Assembly (NCBI GenBank): GCA_021836725.1
Contig: JAKBHL010000014.1
Location: 1-61,659 of the forward strand
Length of the DNA: 61,659 nt
Direction: 5' to 3'
Source: a bacterium
GTDB taxonomy: Bacteria; Patescibacteriota; Minisyncoccia; Phycocordibacterales; Phycocordibacteraceae
How positions within the stretch are numbered: position 1 is the stretch's first letter; the number at the start of each line of letters is the position of its first letter. The notes below the pieces were generated by a model. The model did not search any database and was not told where the DNA came from. It saw only the letters and a program-made list of their open reading frames with translations. Made by a program: the position numbers and the translations under genes. This document shows positions 59,143-61,659 of the stretch, piece by piece.

Positions 59143-59214
59143 TGACCCCACGGGGAATCGAACCCCGATTTACGCCGTGAAAGGGCGCTGTCCTAGCCGT
59201 TAGACGATAGGGCC
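59143..59214 (-). tRNA. tRNA-Glu(UUC)
   Basis: GCGCC-CTTTCAC-GGCGT; T-loop TTCGATT. Confidence 0.92.
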
Positions 59215-59264
59215 GTTATCGAACCTTATCATTTTCAGTATGAAATGCTAGGATGGCGAGCACA

Positions 59265-59350
59265 GGAGGCGTCGCATAGTTGGTCTAGTGCGCCGGTTTC
59301 GAAAACCGGTATACCGCAAGGTATCGTGAGTTCGAATCTCACCGCCTCCG
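59265..59350 (+). tRNA. tRNA-Ser(CGA)
   Basis: GGAGGCG...CGCCTCC-G; CCGGT-TTCGAAA-ACCGG; long variable arm. Confidence 0.93.
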
Positions 59351-59526
59351 CAAACAAAAACATCCCGTTCGGATAGAGCCGCGCGCGGGGTTGATGCGGT
59401 AGAATTAGTAGAATTGACGGGAGTTTGGGTTCAAATTCTTTTCAGCTCCAGGGCCGGTTGAATAAAAAAAGAGCCCGCGAGGTTAGCCAAGCGGGCTCTG
59501 TCATTTGATTGAAGATTCTACACGGT

Positions 59527-60540
59527 TCAGATTCCGACGACACGCCGCATCACGTCCTCAACATCCGCGCGCGCGATGCTGCGCTTCGCGAGCTCTTCCC
59601 GGTAGAGCCACCAGAATGCCGCGACTCCCTGGTTTACCACCATGGGAATCCCGTCGAGGACCGGCTTTCCTTGTCGCCGCGCCTCTGCGAGCATCGGTGT
59701 TTCCGTTTTACGGATGCGGATGTCCGAGACGATCAGATTCGGTTTCGTCCGGCGCAAGAGCATCACTGTCCGTTCAAGATTTTCCCTGATGGAGTCCGGT
59801 GTCACCGGAAACTCCATGTCGCCGAGAGCCGAGTACTCGTCGAGCGGGGACTGCGCATCGTCAACAACCGAAATCACGGCGTCTTGCGAAGGGAGTACTT
59901 CGGGGATGAATGTTCGTCCTCCTCCTGTCGCTATGGCCGATCCCTCGTATGCGTTCAGGGCTTCTGCAAGTTCCTCGGCTTTCTTTTCGGTCCGATTCAA
60001 GATGATAAGCCGCACGCCTTTTTGCGCGAGAGCGAAAGAAATCGCCCGTCCCGAACCGCCAGCGCCGAGCAGAAGTACCTGCGCTCCCTTAAGTGCTCGG
60101 CCTTGCAGTGTGAACTCTTTCTCAAGGCTTTGCACATAGCCGGTGCCGTCGGTGTTATCGCCGGAGAGGCTGCCATCAGGCATCTTCCGGATGATATTGA
60201 CGGCGCCCATCGCTTTGGCAAGAGGCGTGATGTCGTCAAGGCACGGTATGACCGCTTCCTTGAATCCGATGCCCGCGCCGCCACCACGATACCGCTCATC
60301 GCTCCGAAACACCTCCATGATGCGGACGGTGTGCTTCGGGTCAGCTACCATCATGCTGTTGTGATCCGGCATCGCGAATTTCGCATATGCCGCATTCCAC
60401 ATGAGTGCCGTTTTTGCCGGGTAATCTTCGGCAATCAACGGCACGGTGAGAGACGTCGCATCCTCGATGTCCCGCCAGTTTTCGGGGGGAAGCGAAGCGA
60501 TCTTAAGAATCCCCTCGCGTAGCAAGCCGTTGATTGTCAT
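59527..60540 (-). CDS. Shikimate dehydrogenase-like (AroE family) oxidoreductase
   Basis: GFKEAV, GAVNII, GDNTDGTG, LLGAGGSGRA, DGIPMVVNQG. Confidence 0.8.
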   Translation of the reverse strand: MTINGLLREGILKIASLPPENWRDIEDATSLTVPLIAEDYPAKTALMWNAAYAKFAMPDHNSMMVADPKHTVRIMEVFRSDERYRGGGAGIGFKEAVIPCLDDITPLAKAMGAVNIIRKMPDGSLSGDNTDGTGYVQSLEKEFTLQGRALKGAQVLLLGAGGSGRAISFALAQKGVRLIILNRTEKKAEELAEALNAYEGSAIATGGGRTFIPEVLPSQDAVISVVDDAQSPLDEYSALGDMEFPVTPDSIRENLERTVMLLRRTKPNLIVSDIRIRKTETPMLAEARRQGKPVLDGIPMVVNQGVAAFWWLYREELAKRSIARADVEDVMRRVVGI

Positions 60541-60561
60541 GTCGTACTCCTCATCGGTTAG

Positions 60562-60954
60562 TTAAAGGTATGAGAATTCGATAACACTCGCGTCCTCGTC
60601 GCCTCCTACAGGGCGTTTCTCGAAAAAGGAAAGCTCACGTTGCACCTCCTTCCAATTTTGATACGAGAGGGTGTTGCGCAAATCGATCGGTGTCAATTGC
60701 CGGAGTGGCGAAACGACGACCGTCTCAATGCGTACAGTGCGATTGAGGTGTTCGGTATTCTCATCGTCGAACACACGAAGTACCACAGTCTCTCCTCGCG
60801 TATATCCCTTCGGATGACCGTTGTTACGAGCGCCGAGACGAGGGGTCGCAGTGATGCGTCTATTCTCAATGAGCTCCGAAAGAACTGTCAGGGGTACTTT
60901 CGGACTCGGCCGAAACCAAATCTCAGGCCGGTCTGTATGGCTACGGTGTAGCAT
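60562..60954 (-). CDS. Hypothetical protein, ASCH/PUA-like
   Basis: GGAGG 6 nt before the ATG at 60954; ITATPRLG...GETV...VRIETVVV..LRQLT pattern. Confidence 0.6.
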   Translation of the reverse strand: MLHRSHTDRPEIWFRPSPKVPLTVLSELIENRRITATPRLGARNNGHPKGYTRGETVVLRVFDDENTEHLNRTVRIETVVVSPLRQLTPIDLRNTLSYQNWKEVQRELSFFEKRPVGGDEDASVIEFSYL

Positions 60955-61020
60955 ATTCGTCCTCCGCGTATCGCCGTCTTCCATTATATGATATACACGC
61001 GCCACGCGGAAATATTTCAT

Positions 61021-61164
61021 CAGAACCCCCCCGCGAGGGATATGCGGCAGAAAGAGGCTTACGGAGCGTGACGACGCGAGTACGAGCCGCTTTTTGAGCA
61101 CAAAAAGACGGCGTACTCCTTTCTGTCGCATACCCGAGCGGGGGAGGTGGCGGGACGGATTCTA
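61021..61164 (-). repeat. Foldback MITE/REPIN-like element, copy 5
   Basis: Core nearly identical to copy 3, on the minus strand; TAGAATCC...GGTTCTG ends. Confidence 0.87.
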
Positions 61165-61659
61165 ATAGCCGGCAGGGAAAGTGTACGATGCGGGTACGGT
61201 TGTAAGCATTTCTTTTTTCGTACCGTACTCGATGACGATTTCCTGATGCTCAGTAAGCACGAGATTGCGGGGGTCGCCCATCACCAGGGAGCCATTTGCA
61301 TAGACTGCGAGCGTGCTCGCCGCGGAGGCCGTATAGCCGCCGATAGAATCTTTCGTGAAGCGCACACCCCAGATGTCGAAGAATTCTCCGAGGGTGAAGT
61401 CACGAACGACATCGGACTCGACGTGAATGATACCACTTGTGTCGTGGGTGTGAACGGGCGAGATGAACCCGGCCGCCTCGTCTATTCCAATTCCCGCAGG
61501 GATGGGTACCGTCGAACCGTTTATGAGGAGGTCGAGATGCTGATGGATGTGAAGAGCCGTGCCTTCGGCCCCAAGAGCCGGCAGGCCTATGTCGGCGAGC
61601 CGCGCCCGCAGATGCGCGATTTCCGGATACCACGGTACCGAACCCGTCTCGATGCCGGG
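61162..61659 (-). CDS. Conserved His-rich hypothetical protein, C-terminal part (begins beyond the window)
   Basis: Frame open to the window end: ...ALHIHQHLDL...PVHTHDTSGIIHVES...FTLGEFFDIWG... Confidence 0.75.
   Translation of the reverse strand, partial: PGIETGSVPWYPEIAHLRARLADIGLPALGAEGTALHIHQHLDLLINGSTVPIPAGIGIDEAAGFISPVHTHDTSGIIHVESDVVRDFTLGEFFDIWGVRFTKDSIGGYTASAASTLAVYANGSLVMGDPRNLVLTEHQEIVIEYGTKKEMLTTVPASYTFPAGY

Noticed and set aside
59351-59460. Possible ncRNA (6S or SRP) after tRNA-Ser(CGA)
   Set aside because: Only a short ATCCCGT/ACGGGAG pairing; no SRP or 6S signature recognised
3552-61164. Repeat family as a CRISPR array
   Set aside because: Copies are dispersed, 140-220 bp long, not regularly spaced, and there are no cas genes

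Overview
A gene-dense, fairly GC-rich bacterial chromosome segment. Gene content and gene style suggest Patescibacteria/CPR, probably Parcubacteria; this is an inference. Core genes include typA, smpB plus tmRNA, ftsH, recG, lemA-htpX, class II nrdJ, RNase P RNA, murJ, lepA, valS, tsaD, an rlmB-like gene and 8 tRNAs, one of which is a rare tRNA-Ile(UAU). The most striking structure is a ~7 kb large-serine-recombinase element inserted at the 3' end of tRNA-Ser(GGA) (18535-25500). It carries a C-protein-like HTH, an EcoRI-family methylase, a DUF262-HNH nuclease and an RloA/RloB-like pair. Besides attL and attR it contains a third, intact, inverted attP-like junction, made of perfect 107-bp and 175-bp inverted repeats that meet at a CCGC core. 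This would make both the recombinase gene and the defence cassette potentially invertible, and would give the recombinase two alternative C-termini. Other notable features: a five-copy foldback MITE/REPIN-like family with covarying stems and shuffled arms; 'anti-tRNA' foldback modules downstream of the insertion site; and pervasive -10-box/start-codon spacing that implies leaderless mRNAs, including two identical 21-nt bidirectional promoters. All calls were made by reading the sequence; no searches were run.
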